Shown here in pieces: positions 47,049 through 56,965 of a DNA stretch of 64,000 nt (position 1 is the stretch's first letter; every line of letters begins with the position of its first letter). Source of the stretch: a phage; sequence record PZ296772.1. One strand, written 5' to 3'. The translations under genes were made by a program, and so were the position numbers. The notes beneath the pieces were generated by a model, which had not been told where the DNA came from, did not search any database, and saw nothing but the letters and a program-made list of their open reading frames with translations.

Positions 47049-47276
47049 ATGAAACGTCAAATCATTAAAAACGTAACTACTGATTCAAACATCGATGAGT
47101 TTGAAGATGTTCTGTTTAATCCTGATTTAGTTGTTGTACAGAAAAACTGGACCGAATTTTTATGCTACACCGAAGTGGTTTACGTTTACGAAAAACTCGG
47201 CGATGAAATGCCTATCTATGGTATCTTCCGTGAAATCACTGAAAATGGTACAACTTATTGGAAGGAAACTTACTAA
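47049..47276 (+). CDS. hypothetical protein
   Basis: 75 aa from ATG 47049 with agagga RBS; the longer track ORF would start inside the promoter. Confidence 0.5.
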   Translation: MKRQIIKNVTTDSNIDEFEDVLFNPDLVVVQKNWTEFLCYTEVVYVYEKLGDEMPIYGIFREITENGTTYWKETY

Positions 47277-47686
47277 TGGCTAATAAATTCCGCGTTAACT
47301 CATGGTACCAATTTATAGATAAACGTGCCCAAGAAGAGTTTATTAAAGACCACACTGATAATGGGATTTATGCACGACGTCTTGGCATGGAACCATTTAA
47401 AGTATTAGATGTTGACCATCTCGGACGTCCTACTAAAATTTTAACATCTACTGGCACGGTTGGATACGCAACAGGCGGTGATATCCTTGATGAAAACTTT
47501 ATCTGGCTCTCCACGAATGAAGCAGAGTTCTTTGACGAAGTTGAAAATCCATATCAAGCGTCCGAAGAGCAAGATTCTGGTGAACTTGGCGAATTGTCTG
47601 AATTTCCTGTGATGACGATTACTATCGAAAATAATGACCAGGCATGGTCTTTGTATCAAATGTTGAAAGCACATTTTAAGGAATAA
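47276..47686 (+). CDS. hypothetical protein
   Basis: 136-aa ORF coupled. Confidence 0.5.
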   Translation: MANKFRVNSWYQFIDKRAQEEFIKDHTDNGIYARRLGMEPFKVLDVDHLGRPTKILTSTGTVGYATGGDILDENFIWLSTNEAEFFDEVENPYQASEEQDSGELGELSEFPVMTITIENNDQAWSLYQMLKAHFKE

Positions 47687-47688
47687 TA

Positions 47689-47868
47689 ATGCCATTATAC
47701 GACTATAAATGCCAATCTAAAGATTGTGGCCATGAATATGAAAAAATTAAAAGAATTTCTGAACGAGAAAACGATGTTTGCCCTGAATGTCATCGTTTGT
47801 CTACTCGTCGGGTTTCTGCTCCTAAACATGTGAACGGTGGTTTTTACGACTTACTTAAGAAGGGTTAA
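47689..47868 (+). CDS. FmdB-family-like zinc-ribbon protein (below ORF-track cutoff)
   Basis: 59 aa MPLYDYKCQSKDCGHEYEK...CPECHR: two CxxC pairs in the characteristic arrangement. Confidence 0.5.
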   Translation: MPLYDYKCQSKDCGHEYEKIKRISERENDVCPECHRLSTRRVSAPKHVNGGFYDLLKKG

Positions 47869-47870
47869 TT

Positions 47871-48296
47871 ATGGCTTTTAAAGGTTTTGAAGTTGGTAAG
47901 AAATATCGTATTATCAAAGGACAGGAAGATAATTTCTTGAGAATTCTTAATACGACTGGTAAACGTCTTAATACTAATCTGCATACTACTTTATTGACCA
48001 AAGATTTTATTGTGGAAGAGATGATTGGTTACGGCGTTTCGGTTATTGCCGTAGAAGCCGTAGGCGATTATGGGCGAACTATTCATAGTATGCAAGGTGA
48101 TATTCTGCTTTATGGTGCAGAATTTAAATTCTTTGAAGAAGTTCCGGAACCAGATACAGCTGTCGATTTCAAAAAAGGCTCTATAGAATTTGTTGATGGT
48201 TCGGTGATCGTATCAGGCGATGTGGTCATTACAGTTAAAAGTGAACAAGGGCGTTTGGCTGCAATTGATACACTTCAGAAAATTAAATTTAAATAA
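47871..48296 (+). CDS. hypothetical protein
   Basis: 141-aa ORF ending at a terminator. Confidence 0.5.
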   Translation: MAFKGFEVGKKYRIIKGQEDNFLRILNTTGKRLNTNLHTTLLTKDFIVEEMIGYGVSVIAVEAVGDYGRTIHSMQGDILLYGAEFKFFEEVPEPDTAVDFKKGSIEFVDGSVIVSGDVVITVKSEQGRLAAIDTLQKIKFK

Positions 48297-48297
48297 G

Positions 48298-48317
48298 GGC
48301 TTCGGCCCTTTTTGCTT
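48298..48317 (+). terminator. rho-independent terminator
   Basis: gggc-ttcg-gccc hairpin plus tttttg. Confidence 0.7.
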
Positions 48318-48337
48318 TAGATTTCGGATGATAGAAT
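48313..48337 (+). promoter_or_regulatory. MotA-dependent middle promoter for gene 39
   Basis: tttgcttta MotA box, 12-bp gap, tagaat; near-identical to the block upstream of gene 47. Confidence 0.6.
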
Positions 48338-48359
48338 ACCTTCATAACGAGGAGACAAC

Positions 48360-50177
48360 ATGATTAAAAATGAAATTAAGGTATTGTCAGATGTAGAACA
48401 TATTAAGAAACGTAGTGGTATGTATATTGGTTCTTCGGCCAAAGAAGCACATGAGCGTTTTTTGTTTGGTAAATATCAACAAGTTGAATATGTTCCTGGT
48501 CTGGTTAAATTAATCGATGAGATTATTGACAACTCGGTCGATGAAGCTATTCGTACATCATTTAAGTTTGCAAATAAAATTGATGTGCAAATTAAAAATA
48601 ATCAAGTTTCGGTGGAAGATAACGGACGTGGTATTCCTCAAGGTTTAGTTACAGACCAAACAGGTGAACAAATTCCTGGGCCTGTAGCAGCCTGGACTAT
48701 TCCAAAGGCCGGTGGTAACTTTGGTGATGACTCTGAACGCAAGACTGGTGGTATGAACGGTGTCGGGAGTAGTTTAACTAATATCTTCTCTACGTTGTTT
48801 ACAGGCATTACGTCAGATGGCGAAAATGAAATCACTGTTAACTGTTCAAACGGAATGGAAAACAAATCATGGTCTTCTAAGAAATCTAAAGGTAAAGGCA
48901 CTAAAGTAATCTTCACTCCTGATTTCTCTTCATTTGAAGAGCATAATTTATCTCAAATTTATTTAGATATTACTTTAGACCGACTTCAAACATTAGCAGT
49001 CGTTTATCCTGATATCAAGTTCACATTTAATGGTAAAAAGGTTGATGGTAATTTTAAACGATTTGCTAAACAATTTGGTGAAGATAACATCATTCAAGAA
49101 AATGATAAAGTCTCTATAGCATTCACAACATCACCAGATGGCTTCCGTCATTTAACTTATGTGAATAACATCCATACTAAAAATGGCGGACATCATGTTG
49201 AATGTGTAATGGATGATATCTGCGAACATCTTTTGCCGGGTATTAAAAAGAAATATAAAGGTATTGAAGTCACTAAAGCTCGTGTTAAAGAATGCCTCAC
49301 AATGTTGATGTTTATTAGAGACATGAGCAACGTGCGTTTTGATTCTCAGACTAAAGAACGTTTAACGTCGACGTATGGTGATATTCGTAATCATATCCAA
49401 TTAGATGCTAAGAAAATTGCTCAGGCACTTCTTAAAAACGAAGCCTTGATTATGCCTATTGTTGAAGCAGCATTAGCTCGTAAATTGGCGGCAGAAAAGG
49501 CTGCAGAAACTAAAGCAGCTAAAAAGGCAACTAAAGCTAAAGTTCATAAGCATATTAAAGCTAACCAATGTGGTAAAGATGCAGATACGACATTGTTCTT
49601 AACAGAAGGTGATTCGGCAATTGGTTATCTCATTGATGTTCGTGACCGTGAACTACACGGTGGATTCCCATTACGTGGTAAGGTGATGAATAGCTGGGGT
49701 ATGTCATATGCTGATATGATGAAGAACAAAGAGCTCTTTGATATCTGTGCTATCACAGGTCTTATTCTTGGTGAAAAGGCAGAGAATACGAACTATCGTA
49801 ATATTGCAATTATGACTGATGCCGATCATGACGGTCTTGGAAGTATTTATCCGGCTTTGCTTGCTTTCTTTAGTAATTGGCCTGAATTGTTTGAACAAGG
49901 ACGTATTCGCTTTGTTAAAACGCCTGTAATTATTGCACAAATTGGCAAAACTCAAAAATGGTTTTATACTGTAGCTGAGTATGAAGAAGTTAAAGATACA
50001 CTGCCTAAGCATAGTATTCGATACATCAAGGGATTAGGCTCCCTTGAAAAGTCAGAATATCGTGAAATGATTCAGAACCCAGTGTACGACGTAGTTAAAC
50101 TTCCTGAAAATTGGAAAGAACTATTTGAAATGCTCATGGGTGATGATTCAGAACTTCGTAAAGAATGGATGTCCTAA
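48360..50177 (+). CDS. 39: DNA topoisomerase II large subunit (gp39 fused with gp60-equivalent region)
   Basis: 605 aa continuous; GHKL ATPase motif EDNGRGIP and Toprim LTEGDSA. Confidence 0.9.
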   Translation: MIKNEIKVLSDVEHIKKRSGMYIGSSAKEAHERFLFGKYQQVEYVPGLVKLIDEIIDNSVDEAIRTSFKFANKIDVQIKNNQVSVEDNGRGIPQGLVTDQTGEQIPGPVAAWTIPKAGGNFGDDSERKTGGMNGVGSSLTNIFSTLFTGITSDGENEITVNCSNGMENKSWSSKKSKGKGTKVIFTPDFSSFEEHNLSQIYLDITLDRLQTLAVVYPDIKFTFNGKKVDGNFKRFAKQFGEDNIIQENDKVSIAFTTSPDGFRHLTYVNNIHTKNGGHHVECVMDDICEHLLPGIKKKYKGIEVTKARVKECLTMLMFIRDMSNVRFDSQTKERLTSTYGDIRNHIQLDAKKIAQALLKNEALIMPIVEAALARKLAAEKAAETKAAKKATKAKVHKHIKANQCGKDADTTLFLTEGDSAIGYLIDVRDRELHGGFPLRGKVMNSWGMSYADMMKNKELFDICAITGLILGEKAENTNYRNIAIMTDADHDGLGSIYPALLAFFSNWPELFEQGRIRFVKTPVIIAQIGKTQKWFYTVAEYEEVKDTLPKHSIRYIKGLGSLEKSEYREMIQNPVYDVVKLPENWKELFEMLMGDDSELRKEWMS

Positions 50178-50200
50178 GCTCCTTCGGGAGCTTCATTTTA
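50177..50200 (+). terminator. stem-loop / weak terminator
   Basis: agctcc-ttcg-ggagct hairpin then tcatttta. Confidence 0.5.
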
Positions 50201-50219
50201 ATTTTAATAAGGCTTAATT

Positions 50220-51320
50220 ATGAAAGTTATGTTTATCCCATCTCGTGCAGTCCCATTTAATCCTGACCGTGTACAAGGTGGACTTGAAGCAGTACATTTA
50301 AATGTGTTGAAATATCTTGTGTCCATCGGTGCTGATATTGATTATATCGGCTTTGATAATGACACGTTTGGTGACTGGAAAGTTACACACCATCCTGTTG
50401 GTCATCTGACTAAATTCAGTCTAGGTATGAGTTATACTATGGCTCGTAAGATTGTTGAACTAGCCGGCATCCATGAATACGATTTTGTTGTTACTATGGA
50501 ACCGACTAAACTAACCGTCCAAGCAATTAAAGACGCAGGTCTCTCTAAAGTTCATAAGAATTTTATGGCTACGCCATTTGAACCGGTGTCTCGTGGTATT
50601 GTTCAAATTTGGGATCAGACTATCCAGATTCACAAGAACGGTGGGAAGAGCTATGCTCCTACTAAAGCCTTCCGTGAATTTGAACGTAAATATTGTCATA
50701 TGACTTCAGCTCTTACTGACAAAATTGATTATGACTACTGGCGTGAAAATCCATTATTTGAACCTGATGACTACCCGGTTATTTGTTTGAATGAAAAACC
50801 TGAAGTTCTTCCGGCAACTGATTTGATTATTAGTGCTCAACGTTATGACACTAAGATGCGTCGCACTGATGTTGCTCTTGAAGCAATTAAAGCACTAGGC
50901 GAAAATGGTATTGGTTATTGTCCAAGCAAATGGGCACCACCAGCTAAATATCCTGTTATTATTGATGCTCCACACAGTGAAATCATGGAACGTCTTAAAA
51001 CAGCTAAAGCACTTATTAATACATGTCCTGACACAGGTACGGTAGAGAATAGTTCTATTGAAGCCATCTCTAAAGGTGTCCCTGTAATCCAGTTAGTTTT
51101 TAAGGATTATCCTCATGCGACATTCGAATACGACCCAGATACTGTGCGTGTAGAAATTGATTCCTCTACTCCTAAGAAAGAAGTAGTTGCGCTTTACACA
51201 AAAGCTGTATTAGAATTCACTGACACATACAAAGCTCGAGTTAAACGTGCTGAAGCAGTATGGAAGAAGTATAATCGAGATGCAGTTGTTGCGATGTGGG
51301 ATAAAATCTTCACAGCGTAA
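50220..51320 (+). CDS. GT-B fold glycosyltransferase (GT4-like), candidate DNA hydroxymethylcytosine pentosyltransferase
   Basis: 366 aa; N-terminal MKVMFIPSRAVPFNPDRVQGGLEAVHLNVLKYL and C-terminal GTVENSSIEAISKGVPVI resemble GT1/GT4 donor-binding motifs. Confidence 0.6.
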   Translation: MKVMFIPSRAVPFNPDRVQGGLEAVHLNVLKYLVSIGADIDYIGFDNDTFGDWKVTHHPVGHLTKFSLGMSYTMARKIVELAGIHEYDFVVTMEPTKLTVQAIKDAGLSKVHKNFMATPFEPVSRGIVQIWDQTIQIHKNGGKSYAPTKAFREFERKYCHMTSALTDKIDYDYWRENPLFEPDDYPVICLNEKPEVLPATDLIISAQRYDTKMRRTDVALEAIKALGENGIGYCPSKWAPPAKYPVIIDAPHSEIMERLKTAKALINTCPDTGTVENSSIEAISKGVPVIQLVFKDYPHATFEYDPDTVRVEIDSSTPKKEVVALYTKAVLEFTDTYKARVKRAEAVWKKYNRDAVVAMWDKIFTA

Positions 51321-51336
51321 ATCCTGAATAGCCTGA

Positions 51337-51386
51337 GGCACTATTACACATAAGATGATAAATTATATGGTCTTTAGTAATAGTGC
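51337..51386 (+). promoter_or_regulatory. long stem-loop between glycosyltransferase gene and rIIA-proximal ORF
   Basis: 11-bp perfect inverted repeat ggcactattac / gtaatagtgcc with 26-nt AT-rich loop. Confidence 0.5.
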
Positions 51387-51412
51387 CCTAGGAATCTACT
51401 GAAGAGAATATT

Positions 51413-51613
51413 ATGAGAACATATAACGTGGACTTGGAACTTTTTGATAAAGCGGTGCTCCGGGAATTCCGGCTTATCCAAAGATTTTTTGATATCGAGT
51501 CAGCAGAGTCATTTAAAGAACGCTTTAAAGAAATTCGATATAAAATACAAACCGATACAGCTACTAAAGAAGAACTTCTTGAAGTAGCAGAAATTTTTAA
51601 ACGTAACTTGTGA
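51413..51613 (+). CDS. hypothetical protein (rIIA.1 position)
   Basis: 66-aa ORF just upstream of rIIA. Confidence 0.5.
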   Translation: MRTYNVDLELFDKAVLREFRLIQRFFDIESAESFKERFKEIRYKIQTDTATKEELLEVAEIFKRNL

Positions 51614-51625
51614 TGAGAGAAAAAT

Positions 51626-53839
51626 ATGATTATTGAAACAGCTAAAGAAACGATTATTGGTTCAGGCGGTAAGAGCACAGCATTCACTATTCAAGGCAAT
51701 AGCAAAGTTTATAAGATTTTGTCTAATGACCTTTATACAAACAAAGAATTGGCTTGTGTACGTGAATTAATCACAAACTGTATCGATGGACAAATTCTTA
51801 ATGGTTGCACTGATAAGTTTATTGTTCAGGCTCCAGGTCGTTTAGACCCACGTTTTGTAGTTCGAGACTTTGGTCCTGGCATGAGCGATTTCACCATTAG
51901 AGGTAATGACGAAGAGCCAGGAATCTATAACTCATATTTTGCTTCAACTAAAACATCGAGTAACGATTTCATTGGCGGATTCGGACTCGGCTCTAAAGCT
52001 CCACTAGCATATACCGATACGTTTAACCTTACGTCTTATCACAACGGTGAAGTTCGTGGTTACGTAATCTACCAAGATGACAGTGGTCCACAGATTAAGC
52101 CGACCTTTGTAGATAAGATGGGCCCTGATGACCGTACGGGTGTAGAAGTAGTTGTGCCGGTTAACCCAGAAGATTTTGAAAAGTTCGCATCTGAAATTGC
52201 ATATGTTATGCGTCCTCTAGGTGATATTGCAGAAGTTCGCGGTGTTAAAGATATTAAATACTTTCCTGAATTTGACGATGTATATTTGGCTAAGGAAGCT
52301 CCATGGGGTGAACGTGGTAATATCATGGCTGTTTATGGTGGTATTGTATATCCAATCGGAAGTGTTATTAAAGAACAAACATGGATGATGACGCGATGCA
52401 CTACAGCTTATATTAAATTCCCTATGGGTGAACTAGATGTAGCCCCGTCTCGTGAAGCATTGTCATTTGATAAACGTACAGTAGCAAATATCCATAAACG
52501 CGTTGCAGAAATTGATGCAAAATTATTTGCTGAAGATTCTAAGAAATGGATTGATTGTGAATATCCACGTCATGTATTCCGTGAAATCGATTCTCTTGGT
52601 TACTCTGCTCGTAAATACATGGAAAAAGCTGGTTCTAATATTGAATCACTGAAATATTCTAAAGAACAGCTAACTTATTCTGAGTTGTACAAACGTTTTA
52701 AAATGGGACCCGAATGGTGCAACCTTGGTGTTGTATATGATATCGTTTCAGACCCACGACTTCGTCGTATTCGTGAAAGCGGAAGCTCGTCTGCAACTAT
52801 TTCAATTAATAGCCTGCTAGGTATTAGTCGTAAGCATATTGATATTGTTATTGACGATGTGAAAGGCCGCGTACCAATGATGCGTGCTCTGAACGATGCT
52901 TTGACTTCCACAGATGCATCAACACTCGTTGATAAGGTTCCTTCCGGATATGGTAGTAGCGTATTATTCATTAACCCGGAAGATGAAGTTGCAATGAAAC
53001 TTCTGGAACGATTAAAGGTTATTTTCGCTGGTGATAGCCTTAAATTTTATAAGACCTCTGAAATTCTTGCATTAGTTAAACCGTGGATTGAAGTTAAAGA
53101 ACGTTCATCGCAGCCTCGTCCTAAATCCCCAAGTGCTCATCGGTTCTTTAAGAACGAAAAAGATGTTTGGGTATCAGAAGACCTTTTTATTCCGGCCAGT
53201 AAAGCTGATGAGATTCAAGGTTATGTTGTAATTCGTAATCGTTCTAATGCTGAATGTCTTGATGCAGATAAAGGTTGGTTGAACTATGATTCAAATTTCT
53301 TGACCCGTATTGCTGATTTGTCAGGTATTAAAGAGTTCACTGTAGTTCGCCCACAGATTGCTAAGAAAGTTCGTAAACTTGGTGAAGTAGAATGTTTGTT
53401 CGAAAAATCAATTAATGACTATGTTATGCTAATTGATAAAGTGGATTATGATGAGTATGTATCACCAAGTCGTAGAGCACAGCCTTATTTGAATCATATT
53501 ACTCGTAATGAAGAGCTTAATTTCCTTAGTAAATATTTTAGCTCTAAGAACAAAGAAATCAGTAAAGACTTTGCAAAACTCTCAACAGTAAATAATCGCT
53601 GGGGATGGAATCGATTCGCAGGTGCTGATAACAAAGACCTGAACAGGAAGTTAGAATTGTGTGCTAAAATTTTCGATAAGCTTAAAGATAATGCTTACGA
53701 TAATGATGATAAAATGGTTATTGAATTCGAAACCAATTATCATATTGTGTCAGAATACATGGGACGACGTGGTACTCTTTCCAAAGAACAGGTCGCTCAA
53801 ATCGTTAAATTCATGAAGGCCGTGGAAGCGGCCAAATAA
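51626..53839 (+). CDS. rIIA: rIIA membrane-associated protein
   Basis: 737 aa; VRELITNCIDG...PGRLDPRFVVRDFGPGMSDF...GGFGLGSKA matches T4 rIIA from memory. Confidence 0.93.
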   Translation: MIIETAKETIIGSGGKSTAFTIQGNSKVYKILSNDLYTNKELACVRELITNCIDGQILNGCTDKFIVQAPGRLDPRFVVRDFGPGMSDFTIRGNDEEPGIYNSYFASTKTSSNDFIGGFGLGSKAPLAYTDTFNLTSYHNGEVRGYVIYQDDSGPQIKPTFVDKMGPDDRTGVEVVVPVNPEDFEKFASEIAYVMRPLGDIAEVRGVKDIKYFPEFDDVYLAKEAPWGERGNIMAVYGGIVYPIGSVIKEQTWMMTRCTTAYIKFPMGELDVAPSREALSFDKRTVANIHKRVAEIDAKLFAEDSKKWIDCEYPRHVFREIDSLGYSARKYMEKAGSNIESLKYSKEQLTYSELYKRFKMGPEWCNLGVVYDIVSDPRLRRIRESGSSSATISINSLLGISRKHIDIVIDDVKGRVPMMRALNDALTSTDASTLVDKVPSGYGSSVLFINPEDEVAMKLLERLKVIFAGDSLKFYKTSEILALVKPWIEVKERSSQPRPKSPSAHRFFKNEKDVWVSEDLFIPASKADEIQGYVVIRNRSNAECLDADKGWLNYDSNFLTRIADLSGIKEFTVVRPQIAKKVRKLGEVECLFEKSINDYVMLIDKVDYDEYVSPSRRAQPYLNHITRNEELNFLSKYFSSKNKEISKDFAKLSTVNNRWGWNRFAGADNKDLNRKLELCAKIFDKLKDNAYDNDDKMVIEFETNYHIVSEYMGRRGTLSKEQVAQIVKFMKAVEAAK

Positions 53840-53848
53840 GGAAACATT

Positions 53849-54784
53849 ATGTACAATATCAAATGCTTGTCCCAAGAAGAACAGTTAGAAGCTTACGGTC
53901 TGGTTGAATCAGGCAAATGGACTCGTAAAGAAATTGCCGATTACTTCGACATTTCAACAGATACTCTTCGTAAGATTGTTAAGAATTTTAAAGCTGAAGA
54001 GAAAGCAGCTGAATTTGAAGACGAAGAACAGGCCCCAGAAAATAATGAACCTATTATTACAGGTCATCGTCCAGAAATCGTATGGAACGCGTCATCTAAA
54101 TTTATTTCAATCATTGAAGGACGCGTAGCATACAATGCGACCCCATCAAGTCATGCAAATTTTGAAGAAATTAAAGCTAATTTGGTCGCAGGAAACCTTA
54201 GTAAAGCTGTCGAACTTATTAACATCAAGAAAGCTATTAGTAAGTTTGTTGACGGTAATGTTACTATTGAAGGTGGTAGTTTATTTTATCAAGGTATAGA
54301 GATTCGTTCAGGGCTGGTTAATCGTATTATTGATTCCATGGAAAAAGGCGAAGACTTTAAATTCTACCTGCCGTTCCTTGAAAACCTGTTAGAAAACCCA
54401 AGCGAAAAAGCTGTACAACGTTTATTCGACTTCTTGGTTGCAAACGATATTGAAATCACTAAAGATGGGCATTTCTATGCGTGGAAAGTAGTTCGTAAAG
54501 ACTATTTAGATTGCTATAGTGGCACATTTGATAACTCGCCTGGTAAAGTTGTTTCAATGCCTCGTACTCGTGTTAACGATGATGATACACAAACTTGTTC
54601 CCGTGGTCTACATGTTTGTGCTAAATCATATATTCGTTACTTTGGTTCTAGCTCAGATAAAGTTGTTAAGGTTAAAGTTCATCCGCGTGATGTTGTGTCC
54701 ATCCCAGTTGACTATGGCGATGCTAAGATGCGTACTTGTCGTTATGAAGTAATTTCAGACGTTACTGAATTATTTGCAGAATAA
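53849..54784 (+). CDS. rIIB: rIIB protein
   Basis: MYNIKCL...DDDTQTCSRGLHVCAKSYIR...VKVKVHPRDVVSIP matches T4 rIIB from memory. Confidence 0.93.
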   Translation: MYNIKCLSQEEQLEAYGLVESGKWTRKEIADYFDISTDTLRKIVKNFKAEEKAAEFEDEEQAPENNEPIITGHRPEIVWNASSKFISIIEGRVAYNATPSSHANFEEIKANLVAGNLSKAVELINIKKAISKFVDGNVTIEGGSLFYQGIEIRSGLVNRIIDSMEKGEDFKFYLPFLENLLENPSEKAVQRLFDFLVANDIEITKDGHFYAWKVVRKDYLDCYSGTFDNSPGKVVSMPRTRVNDDDTQTCSRGLHVCAKSYIRYFGSSSDKVVKVKVHPRDVVSIPVDYGDAKMRTCRYEVISDVTELFAE

Positions 54785-54789
54785 TAATT

Positions 54790-54815
54790 GGGGACTTCGG
54801 TCCCCTTTTTTTCTT
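54790..54815 (+). terminator. rho-independent terminator
   Basis: ggggac-ttcg-gtcccc hairpin plus tttttttc. Confidence 0.75.
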
Positions 54816-54826
54816 TAGGGGTAATT

Positions 54827-55114
54827 ATGATTCATCCATTTGACGTATCAGAATCCAAAATTGCTAATCTTCGCGGTCATCATAAGTGTAAATCAGTTTA
54901 TTGTGCTAAATTGGTAAAACATCCTGGTGATGCACACTACGGCTGGTTAGAATGCGACGAAGTTGTTATTGAAATCCCACCGGTAGATGCTAACTATCTT
55001 GAAGAAGGAGACCGCATTTATTTTGGCGAACTACACATCAGAGGTATCTATGGTAAAGACGAACTTGGGACTGTTGAGACTGAAGAATCTTCCGACATTT
55101 ATCCTGTCGAATGA
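54827..55114 (+). CDS. hypothetical protein
   Basis: 95 aa from ATG 54827; the longer track ORF would start inside the terminator. Confidence 0.5.
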   Translation: MIHPFDVSESKIANLRGHHKCKSVYCAKLVKHPGDAHYGWLECDEVVIEIPPVDANYLEEGDRIYFGELHIRGIYGKDELGTVETEESSDIYPVE

Positions 55115-55130
55115 GTTTTTGACTAGTGAA

Positions 55131-55607
55131 ATGAAGGTGAAGATTGCTGACACTGCTCGGTATTCCCTGAGCCAAAATCCTGACCAAAACAAAGAAGATG
55201 TAGTTCGTCGTTGTAAGGTTGCAGTCTTTGCAGAGTATGTGGTAGCAAATTGGCTAGATGGATATGTTAATAAAGGTATTGAAGACGTAGAAGACCCGTA
55301 CACGTATGCATGGGACGTGTTAGCTCATCCTAAATACTGCGGGTTGCGTGTCGAAGTCAAGACGCACCAGGTAGATTCTAAATGGATTTCGGTTACCACA
55401 GGATACAGTGGTGATTATCCGGGTGGTAATGGAATCAATATAGGGCCCTTCTTGAACCATCGAGTCGCAGATTGCATTATTATATTAGATGTCAAAGAAA
55501 CCTCACCTGACGTCTTCTCTTATTCTATAAAGTTCGTGGGAGACCATGAAGACCTAAAGAAAATCGTCCGCAAGAGCAACTACAACGGGTGGTATCTTCA
55601 TCTTTAA
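55131..55607 (+). CDS. hypothetical protein (start uncertain)
   Basis: about 159 aa from ATG 55131; ORF frame extends upstream into the previous gene. Confidence 0.45.
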   Translation: MKVKIADTARYSLSQNPDQNKEDVVRRCKVAVFAEYVVANWLDGYVNKGIEDVEDPYTYAWDVLAHPKYCGLRVEVKTHQVDSKWISVTTGYSGDYPGGNGINIGPFLNHRVADCIIILDVKETSPDVFSYSIKFVGDHEDLKKIVRKSNYNGWYLHL

Positions 55608-55618
55608 TTTCATAAAAG

Positions 55619-55656
55619 TGTTTACAACTAAGTAGGACTATGTTATAGTAGTCCTA
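55619..55656 (+). promoter_or_regulatory. early promoter with stem-loop (PeSL-like)
   Basis: gtttaca -35; perfect 8-bp inverted repeat taggacta / tagtccta around the -10 region. Confidence 0.6.
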
Positions 55657-55675
55657 TCTAAAAGAGGATAACATC

Positions 55676-55939
55676 ATGAAATTTAAATTTTTCTACGCAA
55701 AACATAAAGTAACAGGCGAATTTGTTTCGATGTACAACACTGCAGATGACGAAGGGATGGTTTATACCCATTTGGGACTATCTCATTGGGACTCAGACAT
55801 GCCTTATATGTCATCTGAAGCCGAAATAACTCGTCTGGTTAATGGACATATGAACGACCATTTTAATGTCATTCTTTCTAAAGACCTTAAAGATGTTATC
55901 AACAAAGGATATATGGAACTCGCGGAAGTTGAGATATGA
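55676..55939 (+). CDS. hypothetical protein
   Basis: 87 aa; agagga RBS. Confidence 0.5.
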   Translation: MKFKFFYAKHKVTGEFVSMYNTADDEGMVYTHLGLSHWDSDMPYMSSEAEITRLVNGHMNDHFNVILSKDLKDVINKGYMELAEVEI

Positions 55940-56131
55940 GCTCTAAAATGTGGATCGGAATATGGTTGCTTAGTATCCCTATGATTTGTATAATATTTTC
56001 AATTGCATTGAGGTACTTATGAAAAATGCACTTCTTATTGTACTAAGAACAATTTGTGATACTGGTTTTTACATCGCATGTTCGTTCACTGGAACATGGT
56101 TGGCTTTAACATATTTTAATGTAATTTAATT

Positions 56132-56168
56132 GTTTACAACACAGTAGGATTATGGTATAGTAGTCCTA
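56132..56168 (+). promoter_or_regulatory. early promoter with stem-loop (PeSL-like)
   Basis: gtttaca -35; taggatta / tagtccta arms (one mismatch). Confidence 0.55.
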
Positions 56169-56189
56169 TCAAAACACGAGGAACACAAA

Positions 56190-56390
56190 ATGGCTAAGCT
56201 TTTTAAAGATGTTGAAATTGGTGAAAAATTTGTCCTGAATAATGGCCAGCAGCTTATTCGTGTAGCTTCTATAGCCGGACAAACTCATAACTGCATCACC
56301 CCAACGTGTTGGTCCCGATTCTTTATTGAGGATGATACCGAATGTTTAACTGTTGAAGAGCTTTTTGAACGTTCTGATATGGCCGAATAA
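56190..56390 (+). CDS. hypothetical protein
   Basis: 66 aa; gagg RBS. Confidence 0.5.
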   Translation: MAKLFKDVEIGEKFVLNNGQQLIRVASIAGQTHNCITPTCWSRFFIEDDTECLTVEELFERSDMAE

Positions 56391-56393
56391 AAT

Positions 56394-56429
56394 TGTACAA
56401 ACTCTTGAGAGCAGAGTATAATGCTCTCA
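56394..56429 (+). promoter_or_regulatory. early promoter with stem-loop (PeSL-like)
   Basis: ttgtaca -35, tataat -10 bracketed by tgagagc / gctctca. Confidence 0.6.
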
Positions 56430-56466
56430 CGGATTACAAAAACATTAATCAATTGAGGAAATTAGC

Positions 56467-56913
56467 ATGTCTAAATATTTAACTCGTAAAGACCTTCTGG
56501 CAGTTGGCGGTGAAGTTGTTGCAGTAGTTCGTAATGGCGAATACGGTTCCGAAGTTTCTAAAGAGTTTCGTTCTCGTGAAGGTTTTTACTTCTTTGTTAA
56601 AGGTTCATCTGATTGGCGACAAGTAGCAGCACGATTTTTTGTAGGACGTCAACGTTCTAAACAAGGGTTGGATGCAATTCTTTCTCACATTCGTCAAGGC
56701 CGTTCGCAACTAGCCCGTACCATGGGCACTAACAATATTGAATATGACGTAATCTTTGTTGCAGCTAAGAACATGAAACCACTGACTACCGGTTATGGTA
56801 AAGGACAATTGGCTCTGGCATTCACTCGCAATCATACATCAGAATATCAAACACTCACTGAAATGAACCGTCTTCTGGCAGATAATTTCAAATTCATTCT
56901 GCAGAGTTACTAA
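56467..56913 (+). CDS. ndd: nucleoid disruption protein Ndd
   Basis: [29 protein letters not shown]...[18 protein letters not shown] matches T4 Ndd from memory. Confidence 0.88.
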   Translation: MSKYLTRKDLLAVGGEVVAVVRNGEYGSEVSKEFRSREGFYFFVKGSSDWRQVAARFFVGRQRSKQGLDAILSHIRQGRSQLARTMGTNNIEYDVIFVAAKNMKPLTTGYGKGQLALAFTRNHTSEYQTLTEMNRLLADNFKFILQSY

Positions 56914-56965
56914 TTTATATAGGCCTAGCTTAATAGGCCCTTTAATTTATTTGTGAGGTAATAAA

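Noticed and set aside
48360-50177. Searched for a gene 60-type translational bypass (take-off and landing GGA codons with 50-nt gap) near the end of gene 39
   Set aside because: The ORF is continuous through ATPase and Toprim regions; no interrupted frame present
54788-55114. Track ORF start at 54788 (and similarly 47004, 38896, 33524, 44925)
   Set aside because: These first in-frame start codons fall inside terminator hairpins or promoters; downstream ATGs with RBS were used instead
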